In this document: piece by piece, positions 1 to 10,473 of the stretch
How positions within the stretch are numbered: the first letter of the stretch is position 1
How the letters are laid out: each line of letters opens with the position of its first letter
Source of the DNA: Motiliproteus sp.
GTDB taxonomy: Bacteria > Pseudomonadota > Gammaproteobacteria > Pseudomonadales > Balneatricaceae
Reading direction: 5' to 3'
Assembly: GCA_041586735.1 (NCBI GenBank)
Contig: JBFGZQ010000013.1
Location: 23,186-87,185 of the forward strand
Length of the DNA: 64,000 nucleotides
Program-made: the position numbers and the translations under genes
Notes under the pieces: generated by a model
Databases searched by the model: none
What the model saw: the letters and a program-made list of their open reading frames with translations, nothing else
Told to the model about the DNA's origin: nothing

Positions 1-1085
1 GCTCCACGCGAATATCAGGGACGATGCCCTCGGCCTGAATCGAACGCCCCTTAGGAGTGAAATAACGCGCAGTGGTCAATTTTAAGGCGCGCTCATTGGT
101 CAACGGCAACACCGTTTGCACCGAGCCTTTACCAAAGCTAGGGGTCCCCATGATGATCGCGCGCTTATGGTCCTGCAACGCACCGGCGACAATCTCCGAG
201 GCCGACGCCGAACCGCTGTTGATCAATACCACCACCGGTAAGGTGCCGCTGGCATTGTTGGCGGTCGCACTGTAACGCAACTCCGAGTGCGCCACGCGCC
301 CCTGGGTGTAGACGATCAAGCCGCCGTCCAGAAAGGCATCACTGGTATCCACCGCAGCATTCAATACCCCGCCCGGATTGTTACGCAGGTCCAGTACCAA
401 GCCCTTGAGCGACGCCTGCTGCTTCAAGGACTCGATGGCTTTGTTCAGATCAGTACCCGTATGCACCTGGAATTGCGAGATCCGTAGATAGCCTACACTG
501 CCGTCTATCAACCGACTCTTGACACTGGTCACCTTGATGATCGCTCGAGTCAAGGTTAGCTCCAGGGGTTTTGACTGGCCCTCGCGCACAATAGTGAGCA
601 CGATGTCGGTGCCGGGTTTACCACGCATCTGCCGTACCGCATCGCTCAACGCCATGCCGCGCACCGGGCTGTCATCTAACTTGACAATCAGATCACCGGC
701 GTGAACACCCGCTCGCTGTGCGGGGGTATCATCGATCGGCGCCACCACCCGGATAAGACCCTCTTCCATCTCAACCTCGATACCCAGGCCGCCAAATTCA
801 CCACTGGTACTGGCCTGCAAATTCTTAAACGCCTTAGGATCGAGGTACGCCGAATGGGGATCGAGACCGCTGAGCATGCCCTTGATAGCATTTTCCAGCA
901 GCACGCTGTCCTCTACTGGCTCGACATAGGCGCCCTTGATCCGCTCGAACACTTCGGCAAAGGTGCGCAACTCCTCCAGCGGTAACGGCGGTTTAGCATC
1001 GTTTTCAGTAGCCGCCAGTGCCGCACCACAGACTCCCAGACTCAATATCAAGGAGAGGGTCAAGCTCTTGAATGACTGTTTCATA
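1..1085 (-). CDS. ctpA: C-terminal processing peptidase, S41 family (3' end runs off the window)
   Basis: Not in the ORF track because it runs off the edge. My own minus-strand translation from the ATG at 1085-1083 gives a signal peptide (MKQSFKSLTLSLILSLGVCGAALAATEND), a PDZ-like segment (GIEVEMEEGLIRVVAPIDDTPAQRAGVHAGDLIV), then LDLRNNPGG, SGSASASEIVAGALQD and PSFGKGSVQ motifs typical of Ctp/Prc proteases. It lies next to envC and gpmI, as in other gammaproteobacteria. Confidence 0.85.
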
Positions 1086-1126
1086 GATCGTCCTTCGACA
1101 TATTCAAAAACTTATTCAAAGACATA

Positions 1127-2296
1127 TTAGCCCCGCCTTAGCCAGGCTGTTGGATTGATCGGCTCACCTTTATGGCGAATCGCAAAATAGAGCCCGGTCT
1201 GGCTCTGACCACCGCTATCTCCGGCAGTGGCGATGGGCACTCCGGCAGAGACCCAGTCGCCCAGCTGTTTTAACAGGTGCTGATTGTGGCCGTACAGGCT
1301 CATATAACCATCGCCATGATCGAGGATCAGTAGCATCCCATAGCCACGCATCCAATCAGCAAACACCACACGACCATTATGCACCGCCGTCACCGTAGCG
1401 CCCATCTGCGCGTGGATCAACATCCCATCGCGGCGCACACCCTGCGCGCTGGCACTACCAAAGTGTTGCGCCAGCCGCGTATCCGTTGTCGGCCAAGGCA
1501 GTCGACCCTTAAGCTTAGCAAAGGCCTGGGTGCTGACCTGCAACTCATTGAGTGCCAGTGCCTGCTGGAGTTCCTCAAACATCCGTTTGAGTCGTAACTG
1601 ATCACCCTTTAGCTGCTGCAACGACTGCTTCTGCGTCTGCAGCTGCTGCTCAATCGCCAGCAGTGTCTGCTGGCGCTGTTGTCTTGTTTGCTGCAGCGCA
1701 TCGGAGCGCGACTGCAACTGCCGCTGTTCGCTATCAAGCTGCTGGCGCTGCTGCTGCAACGCTTGCTCAACCTGATCTAGACGCGTCAGGGTCTGCTCCA
1801 CGGCGGTGACTGCCGTGCTCCGGGCATCACTCACATAACGATAGTAGCGCAGCATTCTTGCCAGCTGCTCAGGTTGCTGCTGATTGAGCAACAACCGCAG
1901 CTGATCCTGGCGACCGGTTCGATAGGCGGCCGCAACCTCTAGCGCCAGTGCCTGCAACTGCCGATCACGACGCTGCAGCAGTTGCGAACGCTCGGCACCA
2001 AGCTCCTTAAGCTGCTGCTGCTGCTGGTTAATCTGGCGATTATTAGCGTTGATCTGGCGACTAAGCGCGCCGCCCTGCTTTTCGGTCTCACGCAAGGTTT
2101 GGGTCAGCTGCTGCTGCTCACCCTGGGTCGAGCGCAGCTTGTTCTCCAGCGCGCCGATGCTGGACTGCAGCTGTTTGAGTTGACGTTCGGTCTGCTGCGG
2201 GGAAGCCGAGGACTGCGCCGTAGCAGCCGTTGCCCAGGATGCCCCAAGCAGCAGGCTCCAGAGCAGCACATTCCAGCGCGAGACCGAACATAGCAT
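1127..2296 (-). CDS. envC: EnvC-like murein hydrolase activator (coiled coil plus LytM/M23 domain)
   Basis: The track ORF is 1127..2413. I moved the start to the in-frame ATG at 2296, which opens a signal-like MLCSVSRWNVLLWSLLLGASWATAATAQS. A long Q/L-rich coiled coil is followed by a C-terminal M23 fold (GMLIHAQMGATVTAVHNGRVVFADWMRGYGMLLILDHGDGYMSLYGHN). The start is uncertain. Confidence 0.8.
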   Translation of the reverse strand: MLCSVSRWNVLLWSLLLGASWATAATAQSSASPQQTERQLKQLQSSIGALENKLRSTQGEQQQLTQTLRETEKQGGALSRQINANNRQINQQQQQLKELGAERSQLLQRRDRQLQALALEVAAAYRTGRQDQLRLLLNQQQPEQLARMLRYYRYVSDARSTAVTAVEQTLTRLDQVEQALQQQRQQLDSEQRQLQSRSDALQQTRQQRQQTLLAIEQQLQTQKQSLQQLKGDQLRLKRMFEELQQALALNELQVSTQAFAKLKGRLPWPTTDTRLAQHFGSASAQGVRRDGMLIHAQMGATVTAVHNGRVVFADWMRGYGMLLILDHGDGYMSLYGHNQHLLKQLGDWVSAGVPIATAGDSGGQSQTGLYFAIRHKGEPINPTAWLRRG

Positions 2297-2409
2297 CCAG
2301 GGTGCCCAACAGAGCGCGATCCGGGAGATCAGCAGGGGTGCGATCCGTGACGTCACCAGGCGCACCATCGAGGGCGCCATCCAGAGCCGCAACGGCGCCG
2401 CCGGAAAAA

Positions 2410-3954
2410 TCACTCGAGCAGCAGCGAGTGGCCGCTCATCTCAACGGGGGCCGGCAGCTGCATCAAGGCCAGCAACGTCGGGGCCAGATCGGCCAAACAG
2501 CCATCTGCCAGCGTAATCGCCTGCGGTCCCGCGTAGATCAAGCCCACCGGCAGCAGGGTATGCGCGGTATGCGCCTGGCCGGTGTGCGGATCACGCATCT
2601 GTTCAACGTTGCCATGATCGGCAGAGATCAACGCCTGACCACCCACCCGCTCAAGCGCCTCAAGCACCCGCCCCAGACAGCCATCCACGGCCTCGACCGC
2701 GGCAACCGCCGCGGCAAAGTTACCGGTATGACCCACCATATCGGGGTTGGCAAAGTTGCACACCAGCAGATCAAAGCGCTGCGATTCCAGCGCCTCTATC
2801 AAGCGGTCTGCGACTTCCGGCGCGCTCATCTCCGGCTGCAGGTCGTAGGTCGCGACCTCCGGTGAGGGCACCAGAATACGCTCCTCGCCGACATAAGACT
2901 GCTCACGGCCGCCATTAAAGAAGAAGGTGACATGGGCATACTTTTCGGTCTCGGCAATCCGCAGCTGGGTCTTGCCCAGCGAGGCCATATACTCGCCTAA
3001 ACCATTGCTGATGGTGCTGGGGGGAAAGGCGCAGGAGGCATCGATATTCGAGGCGTATTCGGTCAACATCACGTAATCGACCAACGCCGGTACCGCCACA
3101 CGCGCAAAGCCCGTGAACGCCTTATCGACAAAAGCACGACTGATCTCTCGGGAGCGATCGGGGCGGAAGTTGGCGCAGATCACCGCATCACCATCCTTGA
3201 TAACCCCCTTCGGCTGGCCGGCCTGATCCAGGATCACCGTCGCTGCGACAAACTCATCATTCTCATCCCGAGCATAGGCATCGGCTAGCGCCTGCACCGC
3301 CGAGGTCTGTGAATAGACCCCCTGCCCCAGCGTCATGGCATCGTACGCCAGCTGTACCCGCTCCCAACGGTTGTCACGATCCATGGCGAAATAACGACCA
3401 CTGAGCGAGGCGATAGCACCCACGCCCAGGTCGGCTAGCTTGGCTTCCAGCGCCTCGATGGACGCCAGTGCACTGCGGGGCGGGGTATCCCGGCCATCGA
3501 GGAAGGCGTGCACGTAGACCTGGGTCGCACCACGCTGCACCGCCATCTGACACAGGGCCTGAATATGCAGCTCGTGGCTGTGCACCCCACCCGGCGACAG
3601 CAGCCCCAGTAGATGCACGGCATGACCGCCCGCGATCGCCGCGTCCATCGCTCGCACCAACACCGGATTATCGAACAGCGCCCCCTCCTCGACCGCCTTG
3701 GTGATGCGGGTGAAGTTCTGATAGACCTTGCGGCCGGCACCAATATTCATATGCCCCACTTCAGAATTGCCCATCTGCCCGTCGGGCAAGCCCACCGCCA
3801 GCCCAGAGGTCGCCACCATCGAGCGCGGGTTATTGGCCCAGAGGCGATCCCACACCGGGGTCTTGGCTGCATGAATGGCGTTATCCTGAACACGATCACT
3901 GACGCCCCATCCATCAAGGATGATCAGGGCAGTTGGGGATTTAGGCTGAGACAT
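2410..3954 (-). CDS. gpmI: 2,3-bisphosphoglycerate-independent phosphoglycerate mutase
   Basis: 514 aa with [20 protein letters not shown] and C-terminal ADHGN motifs. The length is typical of iPGM. Confidence 0.95.
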   Translation of the reverse strand: MSQPKSPTALIILDGWGVSDRVQDNAIHAAKTPVWDRLWANNPRSMVATSGLAVGLPDGQMGNSEVGHMNIGAGRKVYQNFTRITKAVEEGALFDNPVLVRAMDAAIAGGHAVHLLGLLSPGGVHSHELHIQALCQMAVQRGATQVYVHAFLDGRDTPPRSALASIEALEAKLADLGVGAIASLSGRYFAMDRDNRWERVQLAYDAMTLGQGVYSQTSAVQALADAYARDENDEFVAATVILDQAGQPKGVIKDGDAVICANFRPDRSREISRAFVDKAFTGFARVAVPALVDYVMLTEYASNIDASCAFPPSTISNGLGEYMASLGKTQLRIAETEKYAHVTFFFNGGREQSYVGEERILVPSPEVATYDLQPEMSAPEVADRLIEALESQRFDLLVCNFANPDMVGHTGNFAAAVAAVEAVDGCLGRVLEALERVGGQALISADHGNVEQMRDPHTGQAHTAHTLLPVGLIYAGPQAITLADGCLADLAPTLLALMQLPAPVEMSGHSLLLE

Positions 3955-4231
3955 AAGAGAGGGAGTTCCTGATCGAATAACTAGTGGCCGATAATTTTAC
4001 GCTGCCATTGATCGTATCGCCAGCCGCAGGGTCGACTAGTGTAACGCGAGCCTAACCGAGCGGCTCGGCCCATTGGTTTTTACCCATCTTAACCCGGATT
4101 CAATCAAACCTGACGTTGCGCGCCACCGACACCGCACACATGGTCTAGCGCCTAGCTTAGGGGTATACTTGCGCTTCTTTTTTGCGCCCTACCAGGGGCA
4201 TCACTATTCACAGACTTCTGGAAATCCTGAA

Positions 4232-4648
4232 ATGGAGCAATTGATCGAATTCGCCACCAATCACTGGGAACTGTTCGCGGCACTGATCGCGACCCTGGCG
4301 CTACTACTATTTAGTGAATCTAAAAAAGGCGGCACCTCACTCTCAACCCACGCGGCTGTGCAACTGATCAATAAAGAAAACGCCGCAGTAGTCGATATTC
4401 GCCCCAAGAAAGAGTTCAAGATCGGCCACATCACCAACGCCATCAACATCCCTTACGCAGATTTAGACCGGCGTATCGGCGAACTGGAAAAATACCGCAA
4501 CCGCCCTATTATTATTGTCTGCAACCTGGGGCAAACGGCTTCGGGTGCTGTCAAAAAGCTCAATGACGCGGCATTTGCCAACGTGGTTCGGCTATCCGGC
4601 GGCATCACTGAATGGAAGACCCAAAACCTTCCGGTACACAAAGGCTAA
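4232..4648 (+). CDS. Membrane-anchored rhodanese-domain protein (YibN-like)
   Basis: The track ORF is 4073..4648. I moved the start to the ATG at 4232 (MEQLIEFATNHWELFAALIATLALLLF, a TM helix). The rhodanese fold has the active-site loop IIVCNLGQTASGA. The rhodanese-grxC-secB order matches enteric yibN-grxC-secB. Confidence 0.8.
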   Translation: MEQLIEFATNHWELFAALIATLALLLFSESKKGGTSLSTHAAVQLINKENAAVVDIRPKKEFKIGHITNAINIPYADLDRRIGELEKYRNRPIIIVCNLGQTASGAVKKLNDAAFANVVRLSGGITEWKTQNLPVHKG

Positions 4649-4650
4649 CC

Positions 4651-4905
4651 ATGGCCCACATCACTATTTACAGCACCGGTTATTGTCCGTATTGCATCCG
4701 CGCTAAGGCACTACTGGATAGCAAAGCGGCCGCTTACGAAGAGATTCGGGTTGACCTTCAACCTTTGTTAAAACGAGAGATGATGGCGCGCAGTGGCCGC
4801 CAAACTGTCCCGCAAATCTTTATCGACGATCTCCATGTCGGTGGCTGTGATGAACTGTTCGCACTGGAACGCCAAGCCCGCCTCGATCCGCTACTCGGCC
4901 ACTAA
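4651..4905 (+). CDS. grxC: Glutaredoxin 3
   Basis: Start at ATG 4651 (MAHITIYSTGYCPYC). It has the CPYC redox motif plus TVPQIFI and GGCDEL. Confidence 0.9.
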   Translation: MAHITIYSTGYCPYCIRAKALLDSKAAAYEEIRVDLQPLLKREMMARSGRQTVPQIFIDDLHVGGCDELFALERQARLDPLLGH

Positions 4906-4941
4906 ACATCTTTCTAGCTTAACCCATAACAAGGAATAACC

Positions 4942-5442
4942 ATGTCTGAAGACCAGAGCAACGCTCAAGCTGCCGACCAGGCACAAGCAACCCCACAGGC
5001 ACAATTCTCCGTGCAACGCATCTACCTTAAAGATGCCTCACTGGAAGCGCCGGGTGCGCCTGAAGCCTTCACTAAGCAGTGGAAGCCGGAGGTCAACCTA
5101 GAGCTCAACTCTCGGACGCGCGTGGTTAACGAAAATCTCTACGAAGTCGTGCTGACGGTGACCGTAACCGCCAAGAACGAGGGTGAAAACGCCTTCCTGA
5201 TCGAAGTGCAACAGGCGGGGTTGTTTGCCATCAGCGGCCTGGAACAGCCACAGATGCAACACACGCTAGGCGCATTCTGCCCCACCATTCTATTCCCTTA
5301 CGCTCGCGAAGCGATCGACAGCCTGGCTAACAAAGGCAGCTTCCCGTCACTGATGCTGGCACCGGTAAACTTCGAAGCCCTGTTTGCCGAACAGCTGCAG
5401 AAGCAGGCTGCGGCTCAGCCCACAGCGGCTGAGACACACTAA
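4942..5442 (+). CDS. secB: Protein-export chaperone SecB
   Basis: 166 aa with [26 protein letters not shown] and an acidic/Q-rich tail. It sits downstream of grxC. Confidence 0.9.
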   Translation: MSEDQSNAQAADQAQATPQAQFSVQRIYLKDASLEAPGAPEAFTKQWKPEVNLELNSRTRVVNENLYEVVLTVTVTAKNEGENAFLIEVQQAGLFAISGLEQPQMQHTLGAFCPTILFPYAREAIDSLANKGSFPSLMLAPVNFEALFAEQLQKQAAAQPTAAETH

Positions 5443-5509
5443 GCCTACAACGACAACCGTCATCGATGCGCTATCGGTGACGGTAACGGTCAACAAGCCG
5501 CTGGTAACC

Positions 5510-5974
5510 ATGCTTCACATCGCCCTGTACGAACCACGCATGCCACAAAACACCGGCAACATCATCCGTCTGGTGTCCAACAACGGCTGCCATCTGCACC
5601 TGATCGAACCCCTGGGGTTTGAGATGGATGAAAAGAAGCTGCGCCGGGCATCGCTGGATTATCGCGATCTGGCACGGGTCACCTTGCACCCAGATTACCC
5701 CGCCTTTCTGAAGGCAATGGCAGAACGGCGTATCTTTGCGCTGACTACCCAAGGCTCCCGGCCGCATACCGAGCCCCGCTACCAGAGCGAAGACGTACTG
5801 CTGTTCGGCTCGGAGACCTCGGGGCTACCCGATGTGGTACGCAACGCCATTCCCGAATCCCAGCGCATCCGCATTCCGATGCAACCCCAGGCACGCAGCA
5901 TGAACCTGTCCAACGCGGTCGCCGTGGTGAGCTATGAAGCCTGGCGCCAGCTTGGCTTTGCCGGCGGCCAATAA
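5510..5974 (+). CDS. trmL: tRNA (cytidine/uridine-2'-O)-methyltransferase TrmL (SpoU family)
   Basis: Start moved to ATG 5510 ([21 protein letters not shown]). It has [11 protein letters not shown] and [23 protein letters not shown] SpoU motifs. Confidence 0.85.
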   Translation: MLHIALYEPRMPQNTGNIIRLVSNNGCHLHLIEPLGFEMDEKKLRRASLDYRDLARVTLHPDYPAFLKAMAERRIFALTTQGSRPHTEPRYQSEDVLLFGSETSGLPDVVRNAIPESQRIRIPMQPQARSMNLSNAVAVVSYEAWRQLGFAGGQ

Positions 5975-6027
5975 TGAGCATGCATCGATCCAATAGCGGA
6001 CCGACGCACAGCCCGCCAGCCAGCGTA

Positions 6028-7782
6028 TCAATCGCCTTTAGCGATGCCTTCCCGACGCGGATCAGCGCCACCCAGTAACCGCCCCTGCTGCAGTAAAATC
6101 CCCTGTACCCCGGAGTTGAGATCGCGCACCGAGACCTTGAATCCCATCTCGGTCAGCGCCGGCTCAAAATGCTCAGCAACCGTACCCTGCTCTAGATCGT
6201 AGGTACCAAATCGATTCACCAAATTAGGCAGATCGATAGCCTCTTGCACCGACATCCCCCATTCCAGATGGGCGATCAGGGTTTTTACGACATAGCCGAT
6301 AATCCGCGAACCGCCGGGCGAGCCAACCACCAGATAAGGCTTGCCATCTTTCAGTACGATAGTGGGTGACATAGAGGAGCGCGGCCGCTTGCCCGGCTCC
6401 AGGCGATTGGCAATCGGATAACCATCCTTGTGGGTTTCAAAAGAGAAATCCGTCAATTCGTTGTTCAGCAAGAACCCCTGACTCATCAGATTAGAGCCGA
6501 AGCCGTTTTCGATCGTGGTGGTCATCGACAGCGCATTACCGGCACCATCAACAATCGAGATATGACTGGTCGAAGGCAGCTCGATCGATTGATCATCCGC
6601 CTGAGCAACCGCATGCTCCCAAGAGGGTAAACCCGCCTCAACACTCGCCAGTGCCTTGCCCGCCGTAATCAGCTGAGCGCGCTCGGCCAGATATCGGCTA
6701 TCGAGCAAGCCACCGGGCATAGGCACGTAGTCGGTGTCAGCCATATAGCGCCCGCGATCGGTAAATGCCAGTCGTGAGGCATCACCGATAATCTGCCAGG
6801 CGGTAGCCGATTTTGCCCCCAGCCCCGCCAGATCAAAATGCTGGCTGATCCCCATAATCTGCCCCACCGTCAACGCACCTGAGCTTGGGGGTCCCATGCC
6901 GCAGATATCGAACTGTTTATAAGGCAGACAGGTCGCTGGGCGCTCTTTGACCTGGTAGACAGCAAAGTCCTGCAGCGACAACACTCCGGGATTACCTTCG
7001 GCTGACTGCACGGTGGCGACGATATCAGCAGCGATCTTGCCCGAATAAAACGCCTCACCCCCCTTTTCAGCCAGCGTAGCCAGAGTATCGGCATAGGCGC
7101 CATTCTTCAGCTGCACGCCTGCCGCTAGCGGTGCGCCTTCAGCATCAAAGAAATATTGTTTAGAGGCAGGGTAACGCCCTAGACGCTCCGCACTCGCTGC
7201 AATGGCACCCGCCAAGCGAGGCGAAACTTCAAATCCATCGTTAGCCAGTTTCATGGCGGGCTTAAGCAACTGCGCCCAAGGCTGATGTCCATAGCGCCGA
7301 TGCAGCGTAGCCATCAGTTTGACCGTCCCCGGCGTACCGACAGAGCGACCGCCAACGACCGCATCATAAAAGCCTAACGATTTCCCCTGGGAGTCCTGAA
7401 ACAGTTCCGGACGGCTATCGAGAGGCGCTGTTTCTCGACCATCATAGGTCGTCAAACGCCCCTCTTGGGCATCATAATAAACAACAAAGGCACCACCACC
7501 CAGTCCCGATGACTGTGGCTCAACCAAACCTAGCATCGCCTGTACTGCAATCATCGCATCCACCGCCGAGCCACCCTGACGCAGTACCTGATAACCCGCC
7601 TCAACGGCCACCGGATTTGCAGCAGCGACCATAAATTTAGCCGCCTGCACCTGCGCCTTGATCTGCATACCGCTGGACACTTCCGGCGTAATCGCATCCG
7701 TTACTTGCGAAGCAGCCAACGCTTGAAATGAGAGGCCCAGACCGACACACAAACACAGTTTTTTTATTTTATGATTCATCAT
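6028..7782 (-). CDS. ggt: Gamma-glutamyltranspeptidase
   Basis: 584 aa with a signal peptide (KKLCLCVGLGLSFQALAAS). It also has GLGGGAFVVYYD, the autoprocessing region PSTSHISIVD, SSMSPTIV and GSPGGSRII. Confidence 0.9.
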   Translation of the reverse strand: MMNHKIKKLCLCVGLGLSFQALAASQVTDAITPEVSSGMQIKAQVQAAKFMVAAANPVAVEAGYQVLRQGGSAVDAMIAVQAMLGLVEPQSSGLGGGAFVVYYDAQEGRLTTYDGRETAPLDSRPELFQDSQGKSLGFYDAVVGGRSVGTPGTVKLMATLHRRYGHQPWAQLLKPAMKLANDGFEVSPRLAGAIAASAERLGRYPASKQYFFDAEGAPLAAGVQLKNGAYADTLATLAEKGGEAFYSGKIAADIVATVQSAEGNPGVLSLQDFAVYQVKERPATCLPYKQFDICGMGPPSSGALTVGQIMGISQHFDLAGLGAKSATAWQIIGDASRLAFTDRGRYMADTDYVPMPGGLLDSRYLAERAQLITAGKALASVEAGLPSWEHAVAQADDQSIELPSTSHISIVDGAGNALSMTTTIENGFGSNLMSQGFLLNNELTDFSFETHKDGYPIANRLEPGKRPRSSMSPTIVLKDGKPYLVVGSPGGSRIIGYVVKTLIAHLEWGMSVQEAIDLPNLVNRFGTYDLEQGTVAEHFEPALTEMGFKVSVRDLNSGVQGILLQQGRLLGGADPRREGIAKGD

Positions 7783-8038
7783 TTATAACCTTTGTTGTTG
7801 CTCAAAACCGAGACCAGATCAAGCGCAATTAAGGAGCACTCTGTTTCAGCACAGCCATCAATATAGACGAACAACACGCCAGCGCTTGATGAAAATCAAT
7901 TAACGCAATCTTGAAGCCACAAAAGGGGACTATTGGCATTCTAGGGTTGGAATAACCCTCTTCGACAGCAAGGGCGCGATTCCTATTTTGTGCAAAGCTG
8001 ATTGGGTGGTTGCGTGAAGAGCGACCGGTGAGCAAACT

Positions 8039-8051
8039 GGCTGAGGGTTAG
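8039..8051. repeat. 13-bp direct repeat GGCTGAGGGTTAG, copy 1
   Basis: An exact 13-mer is repeated at 8234-8246, 195 bp away, in the noncoding stretch downstream of the toxin gene. Confidence 0.8.
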
Positions 8052-8233
8052 GTATTCGAGCGAAGCCCAAGGAGGCCCTCACCATGACGTCCGCTATCGG
8101 CAGGTGCATCTACAGAATGGACTCGACACCTTGGAATGAGTGATAGGCAAAACGAAAGACCTGACCCTGTTGTTTTCTGCGTACTATCCTGAGTGAAACG
8201 CCCTGTGCGGACCCGCATGCAGGGTGTTGTGGG

Positions 8234-8246
8234 GGCTGAGGGTTAG
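8234..8246. repeat. 13-bp direct repeat GGCTGAGGGTTAG, copy 2
   Basis: Exact copy of 8039-8051. It overlaps a short hairpin (GAGGGT-tagag-ACCCTC) just downstream of the toxin stop codon. Confidence 0.8.
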
Positions 8247-8269
8247 AGACCCTCGGCTACCCGATTATA

Positions 8270-8563
8270 TTAGCTATCTGGTAGCTCAAGTTGCCTCTCA
8301 CTTCTCCAAACTCGAATGAGCACAACGTCGGTTTCTTGTCTCAGGTAAACAACTCGAAATGGCGAATGGATTAACTCTCGAATATGGTTCGAACCAAACT
8401 CGGGGACAATCCGGCCAGCATCAGGGTGGCGCACAAGCATTTCAGCCTGTACCAGAATGGCCGTCACATACTCATCACTGATATGCGGCACGCCCTCTTC
8501 GGTGTAGTGTTCTTGAATTGCTTGTAAATCCTCAAGAGCGGACTGTGCGATGCGCAGTTCCAT
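8270..8563 (-). CDS. Type II toxin, RelE/ParE family
   Basis: 97 aa, immediately following (abutting) an antitoxin-like ORF. The C-terminal part (REL..SPFRVVYLRQETDVVLIRVWRSER) resembles RelE/ParE toxins. GC is visibly lower than in the flanks. Confidence 0.8.
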   Translation of the reverse strand: MELRIAQSALEDLQAIQEHYTEEGVPHISDEYVTAILVQAEMLVRHPDAGRIVPEFGSNHIRELIHSPFRVVYLRQETDVVLIRVWRSERQLELPDS

Positions 8564-8833
8564 TTAGTTAATGCCCAGTGTTTTCTTTGCATCAGCTAGA
8601 GAAACGGTGTTGCCCTCGCGGACATCCATGAGACCTTGAGCCACGGCTTTAACGAACCGAAGTTCCTCAGCAGTTCTCTCATATTCCTCAAGCCCTTGAA
8701 CAACAGCTACTCCACGACCTCGGCTCGTAAGCAAGATTGGGCGATGTGTATCCTGAGTTCGGTTAACCACCTTTCCGGGGTTGATCTTTAAGTCTGAGAG
8801 AGGGACGACGTCTTCTGAAAATTTTACTTGCAT
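8564..8833 (-). CDS. Type II antitoxin, Phd/YefM family
   Basis: Start moved to ATG 8833 (MQVKFSEDVVPLSDLKINPGKVVNRTQDTHRPILLTSRGRGVAVV), with a GGAG Shine-Dalgarno 8-9 nt upstream. The stop abuts the toxin start. Confidence 0.8.
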   Translation of the reverse strand: MQVKFSEDVVPLSDLKINPGKVVNRTQDTHRPILLTSRGRGVAVVQGLEEYERTAEELRFVKAVAQGLMDVREGNTVSLADAKKTLGIN

Positions 8834-8864
8834 GAGGCATTCTCCGAAAAGTAACAATGCGCCA

Positions 8865-8894
8865 TTAATAGCACCGGTTAACAGGTGCGGTCAA
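8865..8894 (-). promoter_or_regulatory. Putative sigma-70 promoter of the TA operon with an operator palindrome in the spacer
   Basis: The minus strand reads TTGACC-(18 nt)-TATTAA. The spacer is the near-palindrome GCACCTGTTAACCGGTGC (16 of 18 symmetric), the expected layout for antitoxin autoregulation. Confidence 0.55.
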
Positions 8895-9048
8895 GAAAAT
8901 ATAACGTTCCCATCAAGCGCCGCAGAATGCGGTCGCTTGGATGGACTTGTGTACGCCCGGCATGGGCATGATCTTACTCAGCAGCCACGTACACGCCAAC
9001 CATTACTCTAGACGAGTGAGCGCCCCTTAACCGTCTTACAAAACAATC

Positions 9049-10473
9049 TTAGTGGCTGTCATCGGCGCCGTCATCATCCACCCCCAGCTCTTTGATCTTG
9101 CGTGTCAGAGTGTTCCGCCCCCAGCCTAGCAGCAGGGAGGCATCACGACGTCGTCCGGCGGTATGCGCCAACGCCACCTCGATCATAATGCGTTCAAACG
9201 CAGGGACCGCCTCACCAAGGATGTCGGTATTCCCCCGGCTCAAGGACTGCTCGGCCCACTGCCGCAAGCCCTGCTGCCAGTCTCCAGGAAGCGGCTGCAC
9301 CGCCTCCTCAGACAACAACTCAGGCGGCAGATCGGCAATCAACACCTCTCGACCGGATGCCATCACCGTGATCCAGCGGCAGGCGTTCTCCAGCTGGCGC
9401 ACATTACCCGGCCACTCCACCGTACACAGATAGCGCTCGGTCTCGGCGGCCAGCGATTTTGGATCAACAGCCAACTCTTCCGCTGCCCGCGCCAGGAAAT
9501 GCTGCATCAGCTTGGGAATATCTTCACGCCGGTCGCTGAGCTTGGGAATATGGATGCGGATAACGTTGAGACGATGGAACAGATCCTCGCGAAAACGCCC
9601 CTCCTTCACCAGCACCTCGAGGTTCTGATGGGTCGCGGCAATGATTCGGACGTTCACCTTGACCGGCGTATGGCCACCGACACGGTAAAACTCACCGTCT
9701 GCCAACACCCGTAGCAAGCGGGTTTGCGCTTCGGCAGGCATATCGCCGATCTCATCCAGAAACAGGGTGCCATCGTCCGCTTGCTCAAAACGACCCTTGC
9801 GCTGACTCCCCGCACCGGTAAACGCGCCTTTCTCGTGCCCGAACAGCTCGGATTCAATCAGGTCGCGCGGTATCGCGGCCATATTGAGTGGAATAAAGGG
9901 CTCCTGGCTACGCGGACTGTGCTTGTGCAACGCATGCGCAACCAGCTCCTTGCCGGTGCCCGATTCACCGTTGATCAGTACCGTAATCTTCGATTGTGAT
10001 AACCGGCCGATCGCCCGAAACACCTCCTGCATCGCCGGCGCTTCGCCGATGATCTCGGTGGCGCTTTCAACCTCCTTCGCCGTGGCATCGGCGCGCTGCT
10101 CCTGCGCATGCGCCACGGCCCGCTTCACCAGCGCCACCGCGTCATCGACATCAAAAGGCTTAGGCAGATACTCAAACGCCCCACCTTGGTAGGAGGCGAC
10201 GGCACTGTCTAGATCCGAATGCGCGGTCATGATGATCACCGGCAGATCGGGATAAGCCGCCTGAATCGTACTCAGCAGCTCTAAACCATCGATGCCAGGC
10301 ATCCTAATATCCGTTACTAGCGCCTCCGGTCGTCCGTGCTCCAGCGCTCTGAGTACCTGATCACCCGATTCAAACGAGCGGCTTTGCACCCCACCCTGCT
10401 CCAGGGCCTTCTCCAGCACCCAGCGAATCGAGCGGTCATCATCCACGATCCAGACATTCGCATCGGTTTTCAT
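9049..10473 (-). CDS. ntrC: Nitrogen regulation response regulator NtrC (sigma-54 activator)
   Basis: Start moved to ATG 10473 ([24 protein letters not shown]). It has a receiver domain (DIRMPGIDG), an AAA+ sigma-54 module ([23 protein letters not shown]) and a C-terminal HTH. A 4-bp ATGA overlap links it to ntrB. Confidence 0.95.
   Translation of the reverse strand: MKTDANVWIVDDDRSIRWVLEKALEQGGVQSRSFESGDQVLRALEHGRPEALVTDIRMPGIDGLELLSTIQAAYPDLPVIIMTAHSDLDSAVASYQGGAFEYLPKPFDVDDAVALVKRAVAHAQEQRADATAKEVESATEIIGEAPAMQEVFRAIGRLSQSKITVLINGESGTGKELVAHALHKHSPRSQEPFIPLNMAAIPRDLIESELFGHEKGAFTGAGSQRKGRFEQADDGTLFLDEIGDMPAEAQTRLLRVLADGEFYRVGGHTPVKVNVRIIAATHQNLEVLVKEGRFREDLFHRLNVIRIHIPKLSDRREDIPKLMQHFLARAAEELAVDPKSLAAETERYLCTVEWPGNVRQLENACRWITVMASGREVLIADLPPELLSEEAVQPLPGDWQQGLRQWAEQSLSRGNTDILGEAVPAFERIMIEVALAHTAGRRRDASLLLGWGRNTLTRKIKELGVDDDGADDSH

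Noticed and set aside
2297-2413. Upstream 39 codons of the envC ORF, which would give a 4-bp overlap with gpmI
   Set aside because: The extension ([39 protein letters not shown]) precedes the obvious signal peptide and looks non-native, so I preferred the internal ATG at 2296. The longer form is not excluded.
7829-8035. 68-aa minus-strand ORF downstream of the TA module
   Set aside because: It has no Shine-Dalgarno sequence, no recognisable motif and no stable codon bias. It could be real, but I cannot support it.
8040-8260. Group II intron fragment, integron attC site or dif-like site in the noncoding block next to the TA genes
   Set aside because: The hairpin near 8200-8224 lacks the domain V AGC/GAAA features. 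There is no R''/L''-type attC symmetry and no XerC/D-type 28-mer that I could recognise. I kept only the 13-bp direct repeat as an observation.
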